Shown: positions 23,715-38,161 of the stretch, one piece after another
Layout of the letters: each line of letters starts with the position of its first letter
Numbering within the stretch: the first letter of the stretch is position 1
Source: Lingula anatina
Lineage: Eukaryota; Animalia; Brachiopoda
Length of the DNA stretch: 64,000 nucleotides
Assembly: GCA_051362555.1 (NCBI GenBank)
Contig: CM120641.1
Coordinates: 4,774,001 to 4,838,000 of the forward strand
Direction of reading: 5' to 3'
Notes under the pieces: generated by a model
Databases searched by the model: none
The model's input: the letters and a program-made list of their open reading frames with translations, nothing else
Told to the model about the DNA's origin: nothing
Program-made: the position numbers and the translations under genes

Positions 23715-26700
23715 TCAGCCAAAATTTTTGGTGGGAGTGGGAGGGCGTATGTGTACTTTTAAACTGTAAATGGCAACCACTGTTATATTCATATAAAGAT
23801 GAACGTTTTGAGTAATTCCATCGCTCCGTCAGATATTCAAACAAACCGTAACTCTAAGTTAATAAACGCTTAGGGTTCATTCCCCATGAAAATATCGTTC
23901 TACATGTTTATCTGTTCATCTGAGAGCATTTAGTGACAGTTCCTGAGGAGTTGGATCGATCTATGTAGAACAAGAGTTTCATTGGGAATAAGACCTAAGT
24001 TAATTCACACTTACCGAGGGGTTCGATAGAAGTAAATTGGAGAACCGTCGCCACATGTCCTCGGGGTAGTTCACCCTGTAGAAGCCGGTCTGGCCGACGT
24101 TAAACTTGATCCACGTAGAAGTGTCCTGCAGATCCAAGCCAGATGGTAGTGGAAATTGCGCTTCCGCTGAAAGGCAATTATTATATTTTTTTACACACAC
24201 CTGCAACTGTTCAAAACAAGAAATGGAGTAAAGTGACTGGAGCAGAGAGGAAGTCGAGAAAGGTCCTGAAAGGTGGTTTCACTACATGTTCGCGAGAATA
24301 ACATAGGTTTTAAAAGGTTCCTTTTAACTTCAAACATCGATTGTATTATCTTATTAACCTTCGGCATCGCATCCACTCAAGTTAATTTTTCTACCCAGAA
24401 CCGCACCGAAAACAAGCAATGTAAAATAACTTGATTAACAGCTCAACGGGAAGATATGTGGCAAGTAATGATACGTAAGGAAATTGAAAGCCTCGTTAGT
24501 AGGATGTTTGCATTATACCGTATGTAATGCATTAAGAACACGCAGAGGCACATTTGCAACTAATAACTATTAACGCTCACGGAAAAGCGCGTCTCTTGGA
24601 CCTCATACAAACTCTTGGAAAACGGTTCAATATAAAGCAGACTTACACGTATTGAGCCACAGCAACGTAACGTCATTATTCACTGAGGTCATGTAATCCA
24701 CAGGCACCCACCAAATATATCTGCGGTAAGAAACAAAAAAAATTACAGACTGTTTCAATCGTCCTTTTTTAATTACTATCGTCATGTTAGTAATAAAACT
24801 GAAAAATTCTTATTTTCATCAAACGTAATAAATAGTTCCATGGGATAAAGATGATCCTGTCAACAATTGTGCTCAAATATTTAAAAAAAAATGTGAGATT
24901 GCAGTAAACACTTTACTTTAGCAAGAAATATAGAATTGACTTTTGTTAGTAAAAAGTGAAATCATGAGGCTAAAAAATTAGCAAAAGGCTAAAATAGTGT
25001 CTTTTAATTCCCACAAACTTACCCATAATCCGAGGGTTCCTGAGCGCTTCGGTCAGCTTCTGGGTCGGACAGATAGCGTTCCTGTACAGCTTTAAAAATG
25101 TTTCCACTGAAGGTTATGTTAAGATAAGGAAACCCCATCTGCCGTGTCCAAGTGTCCATAATGGTCTTGATCGGCTGCGCGCCCGGAACCTGAAGCAGTT
25201 CAAAAATTGTCAGTCTGATATACTCCTATTTCCTGCACTGGAAGACGATATGACGCTTTTCCCATCGACCATGTTTTTACCCTGGCTTACCGTGGTTTCC
25301 TGTGCGTTGGTCTGTTTTAAGCTCCAGCTCATATTGCCAAATTCCAAATAAACGAATGCGATTTAGCCATGTCACTACCGTCTATCAAATTATGGCCATT
25401 TTGAAGTACATCTATCAATAAATCTATTCATTCAATAACGTATTGATCTTTTCATCTGTCGATTGATTTACTTTTTGTGGCTCTTAAACATTTCATCACT
25501 TTATAACACCCTGTACACGAGATTGATAAATATGTTAATAATTTTTCTTACCGCTTCCAACGAGGCCCATAGATCGTCTGTTCTGGCATTTCTGTATTCG
25601 TACTTTTTCAAATAGTCCTGAATTTTCAAGAGAAGTAATGGCAGATGCAGACCTCATTAGGAGAGAATACATAAGAGCCTAGGAAGCGGAGGTTATTTCT
25701 TCTTTTCTTTTCTATCTTTAATTTCTACCCCTACCGTCATCCTTTTTTGTCTTTTACAGAAAAGCAAAAAGAAGTTAAAAAAGTAAAGTATAAAAAAAGT
25801 ATAACTTCAAATTCGAGCCCATTTTTTTCAAAACAGTTTGGAAAGATACATCAAATGCACTGTCGGGTCTCTTCAAGTAATCGCATATAATCAAATGATT
25901 GGGTTATATTTTTTCAGTTTTGCACCAGAGAATATAACACAATATATGTAGAATATGATGGAGATATCGGTAACTCACCTGTATTCCTTGCTTAAATTTC
26001 TCTTCTCCCATGAACGCTTCCAGCATCCTAATCACCGCCGCGCCCTGAAATAAGTAGGATATTAACACGTTTATAATGCCCTATCAACTATCCTGGCTTA
26101 CTTTACCAGTGTTACTCGACCTAAGACGCCAACATAGCAACAACATAGATAACGACAGAAAAGAAAAGAAAGTCATATCTACAGACGAATAACAAGCGAG
26201 TAAATTGGTAAAATTGGCAACACCAGAGAGGATTGATATTTCATCGATAAAAGTAAAAAGCAATGTAATAGATGGCGCGTAATTGGCCCAGATATTGCCA
26301 AGTTGGTTCCACCAACTGTCTTTGAATAACATCTTCTTAATAATTCTGCAGACGTCTAACCTTGGAGTAAGAAATGACGTCAAACACTTCATTGATTTGA
26401 TCAGGGTGCTCCACTGGCACTACGATTGGGTGCGAGCTGAGTGCGGCATCATAGCCCATCACTGGCTGCATGTCCTCCGTGACAAACTGGGCGAGCTGAA
26501 AGAAAGATAGTAGTATTGTTCATTCCTTTACTTACTGCTCCCCCTCTCTCTTTTCAGGTTATTTACTCATTCATTGTTTTACATATTTGTTTATCCTTTT
26601 TATCTTTGGAATTTCTTCATTTTTAAAATTAATTTATTTACTGATTAATTTATTACTTTTTATTATATTTCATTAGCAACTGGAGGATGCCGAGTAACTG

Positions 26701-29541
26701 AGACCACGTTTCCAAGGTTTCTTCCACTTTTCCTCGAAGATTTCACTGAATTTGGTGATGCTTGTCTCTTAATTTGTTCATCTATATTTCTTTACAGACA
26801 ACTTAAATAACTTCAAGTATCAGAATGCAAAACACGTTCTGTTGACGACGTGGCATTTCAATACATTCCCTTTCTCAATTATCTTTTTGATTAGTTTCAG
26901 TTAAAACAAACGACTTTGAGACCTTTGGCATTACGATTCAGACTTCTCAGTTTCTCCTATACGCCTTAATCACAACATGTTTAAGGTGCATTTTGGATCA
27001 CTATTATTTTTTCATATTCCACTTTTATTCCACTGTTAACTAATCATATTTGGGGTGGTTCTAACATTAATTACCATATTCTACGATGGTTCTAATGTTA
27101 ACTTACCATATTCCACGTTGATTCTACGTGTGCCACGCCCTTGTATTCCATAAAGCTGGCAAACCCTTCGTTCAGCCAAAGATCGTCCCACCAATCCATC
27201 GTGACAATATTGCCAAACCACTGAAAATTTTTAACTCTTTAAGCGATTAAATAAATATATTAAGCCTTGAAAAGTCAATGAAATTCGACTTCATAAAAAT
27301 TAATTCGGCAGAGGTTTTAAAAACTTACTTTAGGAGATTAACTTTTTAGAAATTTAAGACCACTCGAAAGATTATGACAAAAAATGTATCAAACTGATAA
27401 AGGGCAAAGGAAACGCGGCCATTAATATTACCTGGTGAGCCAGCTCGTGCGCAACCACCACAGCAACTCGTTGTTTATTTCCCTCCGAGGCCTCCGTGGA
27501 ATTGTACAAAATATTGGTCTCTCTGTAAGTAATCAATCCCCAGTGTTCCATGGCCCCGGAGACAAAGTCCGGTATGGCAATCATATCTTAAAATGAAAAG
27601 ACAGAACAAATACATTTTACACGTCTTTTGGCACCAGTCTGAGGAATCACAAAAGTACTTGGCAGCAGAAAAAGCTTATGGGAGCTCAAGAATTCAAGGC
27701 CATTATTTAGATAAAGAATGGTCCCTGATATCTACATGATGATATCTTTAAAAACAAAACACCAATAAAGATCAATTTTGGCGCCATGATAATCTAATTT
27801 ATTAGTCACAACGGTAGAGTCTACTGTTAAGACAAATTAGTTTTGGGAGTGCAATCAGGCCTTGGAGACGTGCAGATTATTTCCCTCACTCCTTAGCACG
27901 TCACTGTCGCGTAGCAAGGTTAATCTTTTAAAAAAGAAAAAAATATATAAGCCACATTCTTTTAAGACATCTCTTGGAGAGAATGGCAATCGCAATCTCT
28001 CATCCCCTTCGCCGTCTCTATTTTCCAGCATGGGAGATGGCTGGAAAGAAATAATTATACAATACTATGGTCGCAGACAAAGTCCCATATATTCAGAGTT
28101 AAATACGCTTGACATCTATGCCATGTTATATTTGTTTTTTAAAAGCTCTATGCGCCGGAATGTCGTCATAGAAAACATTATAAAAGTGACACGCAAAACA
28201 TGTAGTGAAAACGTACTGTTGTGCGATAGCCTGCAATTTTGCAGGACTTAGAAAACAATACAAGAGTAACACGCAATTTTACAAAACACATGAGAAAGCA
28301 ACCGGATAATCATTCCTGGATAAATTCTACCAGCTTTGCTGCACCGCAGTCATTAGTCTGCCATAATTTCGAACCCCACTCTCCTCCGAATCCTGCGAAA
28401 TCTCGCTTGATTTTGCGCTATGTCGCGAGACTTAGGGTTATCTAAAATTGTCCCCTCTGAAATCGTTAAAACATATTGAAACTACACTTCAGCGAACACA
28501 ATTATATCATATAGGGATCTATCATCATCTTTGTGAGAAAATGGCCAAAAATGTATATCATTAAATCGATCTATCTGACAAAGCAAACCATTTAAAGACA
28601 AGCTGTCTCGTTAATTCAAAGAAACATCATTGCCCTAAGGTAACAACGTAAAAACCGAAATAATCTAGACTAGCCTGATAGACTGATGGCTTGCTAATAG
28701 CAGTCATTTGAAAAATATGGCGAGCAATTTTAAAGGCGAAAAAGTACATTTCAGTAACGAGGACCATGCGCATTGGGTAGTGTGGACTTCACACGTATAT
28801 ATGGTATAACGCCGCATGTCTTTTCTATGATTTAAAGCAGTGAAATGAATGAGAAAAGCAATCCGTTATAGAAAGCCGCCTTATGGTTCTTATTATCTCC
28901 AATAAAAATAGACAGACATCTTTTTGGGGGAGTAGAGCCAACTAAATTATATTCCATTTTGTGCTGTATCATGTATCTTTGATCAGGCTAATGTCTTTGA
29001 AATATTTGCTCGTGCTCTCATCTTTTTTTGACAAGCTCTTTCACTCCAGGGCTTTAGGTTACCCTTCCCTGCACTTTGGATACGCAGTGACTTTTGATGG
29101 AGTAAACCATAACATTAATAGGTCATATAATTTCGTTGCCAAACTGTTTTTGTATGGTTTAAATAAACTCTGTAAAATGTCAATTCTTTTCAAAAATTTG
29201 ATAAAATGGTTGCTGTGTAAAAAATAACGAAAACAATGGCAGAAGTTTTAATTTATCCAATGCAGGCCATCCTTACCTTGCTTGGGCAATGGGTACGGCA
29301 TATCATAGTAGACTACAAATAGGTCCATGACTTCCTTGCCCACCCGTAAAGCATAGTCAACCTGAGACACTCTATCAGGAGTGGCATAGACCCTTAACTG
29401 AAAAAAGAATTAAATTTTTAGATTGATATATTAGTATATTACAACGAGAGAGAGAGAGAGAGAGAGGTAGTACATAAATCGACATTTGAGAAATTGAAAT
29501 ACTTTTTTTGTCTGCTGCCAAGGAGGTATTGATTTCTTTAC

Positions 29542-29590
<49 letters not shown>

Positions 29591-32500
29591 GGGATTATAG
29601 TGCCTATAAGGGATCTGTTTTTGCTTTATGATTTAAATGAAATTTTCAGGATAGGTCTCAAACAGGCCATGGACGAAATAATTTGATTTTGGTGACGATC
29701 CATCAATTAGTCAATTAATTAATTAATTAATTATTAGTTAAGTAAGTTAAGAGGGAATGAACAGATTGTGATAAAATTTTCAGGATAGGTCACAAATGGG
29801 CCAGGGAAGAACTGGTTATATTATGGCCATGCTCCATCAGTAAATTAATTAATTATTAATTATTAGTTAATTACGTCAAAGAGTAATGAACAGCTTTTGA
29901 TGAAATTTTCAGGTATGTCATAAATGGAACAAGGAAGTAATGATCAGATTTTTGTGATGATCAATTTAATAATAAGTGGTTATTTAATTAATGGTTAATT
30001 AAGTCAGAGGTATTGTTTTCATTGCCTCTCTATCTATGATTTGTTACTCTTGACTCTATATCTATGATTAGATTAATTAGAAATTAATTAATAACGAGTG
30101 CATCTTGTTTAAGTTGTTTTTCGTGCTTTGTTTTGTAGTTTGTCTTCCTGTTTGTACGTGTCAAAAATTTCTTCGTATCCGTACCAAAATATTCTGTGCA
30201 ACAAGCCCAAATGTAAGGATGAACATACGCACCTTTGTACCACGTTCCGTAGTCGTTTCTTTGAATTCGAAGTCGCAAACTATGAAACACACAAGATATG
30301 TGCTCATAGGCACGGATTTTTCGAAGCGTGTTGCAGTTAGGCCGTCAGCTCTCATACTTGAACTCTAAAAATACAAAAGATAAGAACCTATGAAAAAATG
30401 GAGTCAGAGTGGCCGTTTGCGGGATAACGCCCTTTTCTTTATACTTCTACTTAAATAACATAGAAAAAAATTATTTTCTTTTTCTGGGAGTCATAACACG
30501 TGCTAATACAACGTCTTTGCTTTACAATAATCTCTAATGTTCACAAAGAGGCAATACAATATAAACACATACAAATCTACTATGTCTTTGGCTTTACACG
30601 ATGTTGATTAATTTTTATTATTAAGAGACAATACAATCTTATCATTTCGGTTTTGGAAGATGGGGGGGGGGGGGGGGGAGAGAAAAATCTCGTACCTCAA
30701 CTGGCATGTTAGATAAGGCAATATAAGTTGGATCGTGCACCAGAGTCGTGTTGTAGGTCGCCTTGATGTTGGGCTCATCAAAACACGGGAACGCCTTCCG
30801 GGCATCAGTTGGTTCAAATTTTGATGTAGCTAATCCTCTGAAATCAAAGTAAAAAGCCATGGCTGGACTTTTTTCAATAATGGCAGTTATAAAATTTGTT
30901 GCGCTCGAAATTTATTACATTTTTCTCAAAAGAATCTGTCACTTTTAGGATAAAAGTGACCCGGATCTTTATCAGGTCTTAACAAAATTGAGAAAGATGG
31001 TGCATGTGAATCGACTGATTATAGGGGAATAAAAGCCTAACTAAGGTAACGGCGATCAATAGAATTCACAGAAGAGCTGCACAGGTTATCGCCTGATGTT
31101 AAACAGTAAGACAGTGAGCATGAGGATCATTTAAACACAGCCAAGGGAATCCTCTTTGCCCACATGGAATTTCTGACATATCCAAAGTACCTCCTTAGAA
31201 GTGACTCCACTGCTCGTATTTATCTTTTATAATTATCTTCATTAGGAACATTTTTTAAGGCGTCTGTAGAACTCATCGATTATTATGTGCTGTGTTTGGT
31301 CCAGATATATGGACATACAAACTCAAGTGTAGGCGAGTTTGGGAACCACCATTGGTTTCATAGTTATTAAAAAGAACGCTGTTTGTGAGAGAAATGTTAT
31401 CGTTATCGGTTTCAATTGTTACTTAAAATTAAAAAGTAGCTCTGGGTATGTCAAAAGTCAAAAATTGTAAACTTTTCTGTATTTCATAGAAAACAAACAA
31501 ATAAGCACCGAACGTTATAAATTTCGACCTGCCCCCAGCACACACACACGCGCGCGCGCGCGCGCGCACGCACGCACGCACCGTCATCTTACATATGTCA
31601 AGCAATGTTAAGAAAGTAAGACTCTTTAAAAATGACACTGGCATCTCCCCTTTAGGGAAAAGGCACTGGGGAAACGTGGAATTCGGCATTAACGTATCCT
31701 TATCTTGTCACAATTAAGTAGACACATATCTCACAGGAATGTTCAAAGACAGTCCAACCAACATCTTATCTTCTTAAGCCAACACAAGGTACATGTAGCC
31801 AATATTGCCAACGTTTGCTTTAGCAATTATGTTCTCGTATCTAGTAGGTTTCTCACACAATATAAGCTCTTCAGCAAGCAACCGCCAAGTCATTTTGTAA
31901 AAAGTTTTACAAACTGAAAAATCTGTTACTGTTGCATTTGAAGAAAATCACACTGCTTTACAGGGTTAACAAACACATGCTAGTGAATGTCTATACTTTT
32001 TAAGCACGCGATGCCAATGCGGAGTGCAAACGGGAGAAAGTAAGAATCACGGTCGACCTCTGGTTCAAATATAATCTGACTTTGCATCCGGATTACACTC
32101 CGATAAGCTTGTCAGAGCGCATTCAGCACAGCAGACTAACAGATCCGCGGATCAAATATGGCTGACCCACTTGAATGCTTGTTGCGTAATCCCCGCGGGG
32201 AATCTTTTCAGTGTCTAATGGGGATTAAGGATATTAGTACCCTTTGCCAAAAACTCCTTATTTACTGCCTTACATATGCACCTTGGATAACAGATTCGGT
32301 GTTCAGTGACTAAATGAATAAACATTTACACTCATGTCATCTTAAGATTGGCGTCATAATTGCGATTTTGGGATAAAAATGGAAAAATTGGTTTCTCCAA
32401 TTTCTCCTTTACCTGAACACCCACGAACACCGTTTTAACACCAATTTAATGACACCATTTAGTACTCCAAAACCTTGCCAGCGATTTTTCTTAAAAGTCT

Positions 32501-33125
32501 AAGTTCAGATTTTGTCGTTGATAAAGCAAAATAATGCCGTTTAATAAAAACTAATTAGAGGCCCCGGTGTTGTAGCCCATACACTTCCAGCCAACTCTGT
32601 CTGTTTTCGTGATAAAATTTTGTTCAGGGATGAAGTTACGACCCATATCGATTGCTATCTTACCTCAAAATAAGTTGACGAATAAAGTACTGATTTGGTT
32701 ATTCTTTTGCATTGCGACGAGAAATATAAACGCCGATATTTTATATTTTTGAGGGTTTTTCATTGTTTTCAATCCGCACAAAGATAGAGGCATCATTGAA
32801 TAATTAGATGCAGGAAAAACTCATTTTCGGTACCCGGATGATAATAAAAGGTTACAATACCCTTAAGAGGCAAGCTTTTTAGGTCCCCATATTTGAACCG
32901 CAAATCTGCTAGTCCGCTGTTCTGAATACGCTGTAAGATATTTACGACTATCCGCAAAAAAAGAGAAAATGACTTAGGCTTATCACTAGTAAAGTACATG
33001 AGTAAATTGCATTGACGACATAATTCCTACACAAAGTTCTTTCACTCGACCTATTAGTCTTCTCTCGGATCGATTCTAAGCGGATAAAATGTCTTCTTCG
33101 AGCAAGTACATCACCTTCCACTGTC

Positions 33126-33169
<44 letters not shown>

Positions 33170-35965
33170 TATGCTTGGGTGGAAGTATGAGGCATAGCTC
33201 TCCACTCTGCCAGGGATCTAAAAACTGGCAAAATTTAAATTACTGAAAAAATTACTCTCTTACACAAGCGAAGTCCATAAAACCCCCACCCACTGATGAT
33301 TTTGATAATAACTAGCATTAGCAGAATGAAAAAGAGCCAGAACGAACAAGAACGAGAGAGTAAAGTTGGAACCGAAAACTTTATCATCGAGTGCAAACTT
33401 ACTTGATCGTACAGCCTGCAATTTGACCTCAAAACATGTGAAAACGTAAATGATTTTGCACGAGATTTGTCTCAGATTACACTTTCTCTGTAAAAATGAT
33501 TTTCTTCTACCACAAAAACGCATTAATATCTATTTATTTCCAGCACAACATGCTCCGACAATATGTGTGATTTATGAAGGGCATCGAAACAAAAACAAAT
33601 TTCTTTTGAACAGGTTGTTTATAAATGTGTGCAACCTAAAGCCTTACATTTTAAGTTTTGTTTGTCGAGCAGATGCTTTGATACGGACCAATTTCTAATT
33701 TACAAATAATTTACAGGTTTACTCATCGCTGTCATCTCGATCAGTTGTGTTTACATAAAAAAAACGAGTTTCCATCATTTTTTAATATTGAAAGAGATAA
33801 CGTGTTACAAAAATGAAGAGAAATGGGTATACTTAATGGTAAAACAAGTAAAATGCTCCCAACGCTCACATTCCCACAGGGCCCTTGGCATAAGGCCTGA
33901 CTGTACTGTCGGCTATGCTTCCTAAATGTCACTTCATACACTTATAAAAGACATGAAAGTCGATGTTTTATTCCTTTTTGTGTCCCCAAAGAGTTTTAAA
34001 AATGGAATCGAACATTCATTTAGGCAGTTTCAGGCACGGAGAGCAAACATGGAAATTTCTCTCTTCGGATACCTAATTCCACATATTTTGCGCATTAGAG
34101 AAATTGTATGATGACGATTCTGTTATTATTTGGTCGACAGCTGAATTGTTAATGATTTTAAAACTTAAAAATCGAAGAATATTGTTTATTTGTTGAGTCC
34201 ATTTCAAATTAAAGCTTTTAGTTAATAGACTAAAGAGTTGCTGTGAGAGCAAATGGTATTCAGTAAACAAAAGACTATCGCTCGTTGCACTCTAACTCGT
34301 TAAGGGATAGGAGCTACAAGAATAATAAACAATGTATATAATATATCGCTATGTTGGGATATTTATAGCAGTAGTGTGAATTTGACTACATCGTTAAACC
34401 AAACTTAACAGTTAGTATAGTGTTTTATTGGGGATTTATAATACAATCTTACGTTGGTCGAGAGAAGGTAGAAAATGTCGATGGCTCTTTGTCCTCTGAT
34501 ACCACGGTAAACAAGTGACAGATAAGGCACACAAAGGATTTTATCTTTAAGACACTGCACCACCCCTTAATGTGACCTAGGTGCAGTGTGCTATTCAAAG
34601 CACGTTTTCCAACGACAACCATAAACAGGCCGTTCTTTGATAAGAATGTAAAAGTTGCTCGAGGACACCGCATCAAACGCTAGTCTCTTTAATGTCTTTG
34701 CGTTTGACAAAAAAGGAATGAGGTGGAAAACCTCAGTGGACTTGTGTATACATGTCCAAATCCCATGTTATCACTAAAACACTTAAAGGGATAACAACTG
34801 TTCGTATAATATCCATATTTTACAATAAATGCATTGTAAACAACTCACAGAAATATAATATATTCTATTTTACCTCCAATACAGCGGTCAACGCAATTAT
34901 TTTGGAATTTTTGCTTGCCATCACATCACGTGACCTTCATAGATGGCTACACTCTGTGATCATCTCTTAAGAGAAATTTACAGAAAAAAAAAACAAACTT
35001 TTTAGAAAAAAAAACAGGGACTAACTTTGAATTTGGAATGGATTCATTTACCATTGGTAAGTAAGGGAATTCCTTTACTCTGGGAAAATCCATTTTTTGG
35101 CCAAAATGAGCAGTTGTTATCCCTTTAAGTTGAAGGAGGCGCATAGGAGCTATAAGTCCCCTTTAAAAAGGACCTCTGGCTGAAAACGACGACTATTGAA
35201 ACAAGAAAACCCACAATACACAATACTGTGTTTACTGTTTTAATTTAGTATCTAAAAAAAACATTAGCACTTTGTGCAACACATTAGGCGCATTATTGAT
35301 TTTCCTATCATATACAATACATTGAGCTGTTCTTACCTTGTTTCTCCCGTAATACTATTCACATAGGTACTTTTATAAAACCCTACAATCCCATTAGAGA
35401 GAGAGCCCTCAAATGTCAAGTGTAGTACAACTTGGCTGTTTGCAGATATATTACTGTTTGTTTCAACTACCCAAAACTGGTTTGGAATGTAAGAAAAATT
35501 CCTACTGATCGGGACATCTTGGCCGGTGTCCTTTTCGGTCAAGCGCGTGGCCGTAACGTCGAGGTATTTTATGTGAATTAATATATGCCTAGTTTCTTCT
35601 GTGATATTCAATTCCACGGAGACATTCCCGTAGAATGTGGAGTGATTCCCATAAAAATCTGGATATAATGTTATGTCATAGTGGGTAGGAATGATGTGAG
35701 GTGGTAAACGCAAATTTCTCCAGGGCTCTGAACTTGGCCAGGGGGAAGCCGTTGAAGCACCAGTTGTACGGTCGGTGGAGTGAGGAACTGCTGGAGATCC
35801 AGTTCTGGCTTCTTGCACTGGGGACGCCACCTCGGACGCACAGTCTCGTAAATACCACGTTAAAAGCCCAACAAGGACTGGTATGGCAACAAATAGAAAG
35901 CCGAGTATGGCGGCTTTCGTTCGACTGATGGACCAATGCTTGTGCATCCTCACCGAAGGTTCCAT
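20979..35965 (-). CDS. ENPEP: M1-family type II membrane aminopeptidase, glutamyl aminopeptidase (aminopeptidase A)-like, ~19 exons
   Basis: N-terminal anchor [22 protein letters not shown]; RLP..I.P.HY; [20 protein letters not shown]; MSTYLV; [13 protein letters not shown]; HELAH|[22 protein letters not shown]; last exon [11 protein letters not shown] typical of ENPEP. Start uncertain because the frame stays open to ~36079. Confidence 0.9.
22445..22482. repeat. (GA)n microsatellite
   Basis: Directly visible. Confidence 0.97.
23670..23714. repeat. (GATA)n microsatellite
   Basis: Directly visible. Confidence 0.97.
23871..23998. mobile_element. ~130 bp MITE with imperfect ~35 bp TIRs
   Basis: tagggttcattccccatgaaaatatcgttctacat ... 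atgtagaacaagagtttcattgggaataagaccta; same termini as 48408-50032. Confidence 0.75.
29511..30010 (+). mobile_element. HINE/Helentron-like repeat: short 5' motif, (GT)n, then three ~130 bp tandem units
   Basis: gccaaggagg, (GT)n at 29544-29588, repeated aaattttcaggataggtc...aaatgg units; homologous to 1803-2140. Confidence 0.6.
31538..31581. repeat. (CA)n(CG)n(CACG)n alternating purine-pyrimidine tract
   Basis: cacacacacgcgcgcgcgcgcgcgcgcacgcacgcacgcac. Confidence 0.95.
32120..32230. mobile_element. Partial copy of a palindromic (fold-back) MITE
   Basis: Shares gacccacttgaatgcttg..taatcccc..ggggatta with 40405-40570. Its left arm cagcagactaacagatc is the reverse complement of that copy's right arm. 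Confidence 0.7.
33129..33165. repeat. (GA)n microsatellite
   Basis: Directly visible. Confidence 0.97.
34787..35124. mobile_element. Non-autonomous DNA transposon with TTAA target duplication and AG...CT termini (Kolobok-like)
   Basis: TTAA|AGGGATAACAACTG ... CAGTTGTTATCCCT|TTAA, a perfect 14-bp TIR. Confidence 0.8.
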
Positions 35966-38161
35966 CGTAAAAAAATCAAATCCCTTCAGGCCCAGCACCC
36001 TCTCGCTGTTCTCTTGCTCCTCGTCGGCCGTGTTGAAGTGTAAACTGGCATAAATCGCGATAAAGGTGTTCAGCTCTGTTTACTGAATATCAAGAGACCG
36101 AATCAGTGTTTACATACACGTATACGATCATTGATGAGCATTATGTTATCAGAATCTGTGACTACCTGCGTATGTATGCTCGTGCACGCCCCTTTTATCC
36201 ACCTTCTTTCTTGGACACACTTAAAATGCGCGATGTTCATCTTGCTCCTTTTTTAAAAAGTTATTGCCACTTTATAGATGGCCTGTCATAACTGAAGACC
36301 ACTGCAAACAATGAGAAACCCGAATACGTTTTTTTTTTCCACAGAAAAATGAATATCATTCCCAATTTTGCCAGTCTGTGGTTAAGGCTTGAGCTTGGTG
36401 CTTGGTCTCTTCAGACTAATTGAGTGCATTTGCAGCAATCTACGCCAGGCAGCCCTAAATATAACTACTTCACAGCCACCGGATTGTGAAACTCTGGTTT
36501 TAAATGAGTATCCAACTGTGAGTGCGCAAGAAGCAGCAAACGGCATCGATAATTTGGCTCATTGAGTGCCTTGAATTCTTCTAAAATCCCCTTATGGCTC
36601 CAACTCACCAAGTTATGCTCTTTTAAGTGCGACCCCATGAAGGCACATCGAACCTTTCACCTGTAGCGAACAGCATAAGAAACAGACTACAAAAGAAACA
36701 ATGTTCATTCGTTTCACACCCACTTTCATTATTAAGGATTTAAAACCACCGCACGTGCCAAGTCCAATAATAAGTTATCGCGTGTTGAGTTCTTATTTTT
36801 TTAAATCCATTTCTTCAGCACTGTTGGTTTTAATACCAGTTCACCTGGCGCGACTTATTACGATTAAATATTTCAAAAAGGGAATATTTCTTAGAAGTAA
36901 TTAAAAGATGAAATTGCTCTCCATAAGCAAAGCCGAATGCACGAGGATCTCTAGATTTATATCATTTCAGAAAGATACGATGTGGATATTGTGGCAGTTG
37001 TCTGAGACCATATGTTGTAGTAGATGAGAGCCCTCCGCGCTGGACAAGATTATCAAATCTGGAATGTCTGTGCATTTCACCCCTCTATAAGCCCAATGAT
37101 GTTTGAGAACATTTCTTAATGTGCAGGCTACACCTGTAGCGATAATTGGAATAATGTAAAAATCGCTCGTAAGCCTATTTGCTTTCAGAAATGAGGCGGA
37201 ATCCACTTTTTCCATAGACATTTCAAATTATCTTAATGTCGCTACCTCATGTTTTTCAAGAACATCCTGTTCTAAGAATACGAACACGTATTGAGATCAA
37301 CTAAAATTTATCTTGTTTCTCTTTACACCTGGAAACTAAGAGAGAAAGTAAAGGAGGTCAGAACTTTGCCTTATGAAAATCTAGTCAAAAAGATTTCAGG
37401 GTTGTTGAAACATTTACAGGCTTGCCATTGAAGACCTTGGAATTTTCAAAAGCTTGGATGAAAGAGGATTACCCTTTTCAACAAACCATTAATGATTCCC
37501 AAAATAAATCTACATGGATTTATTCGTTTAAAGAAAAAAAAAGGAATGGCGAGCCAGTTCGCAAAAGTAAAACTATCAAAAAGTGGATTAAACTCTTTTT
37601 ATTTTATGATAAGGTGTAAGATTAAATATATCTGTCTGCTACTGCAGGTTTATTTCTTATGACAATACTTAATACAGCAAATCTATCAAACGTAAATACT
37701 GTCACATGACCAGTTTGCACGTTTTAATTGACAGCTAGATGACAGAATTCAATCAGCTGAGCTGACAAAACAAGTCCATAAAGAAGTTCATATTTGACCA
37801 TAGGGATTTGAGCTTCACTAGGTCTAAGTCCACTCAACAATATGGATAGATGGTTAGGCACGATTCTATGACACCCATCATTAAAAAACATTGTGAGAAC
37901 AAGGTAAACTCCAATTCATGGGATATGGTAATCTTTGACATATTTCGTGGATTAATACTTATTGTGTACTACCCGGTACTTCCTGTAGTCCTCATTATGT
38001 CAGTTAAAAGAATACTTTCAGCTGTAAAAAAACATCTCAGTCTCTGATTTGTCAACCAGCCTAATTGTTAATTATGAACACATCTGTATTTCTATCATAC
38101 ATGGGCCACTAAACCACTATTATAGCAATACAGAGTCCAATCCTAAATGATGTACAATGAC

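Noticed and set aside
27862-28830. + strand ORFs in an ENPEP intron
   Set aside because: No recognisable domain; looks like decayed repeat sequence whose ends I cannot define
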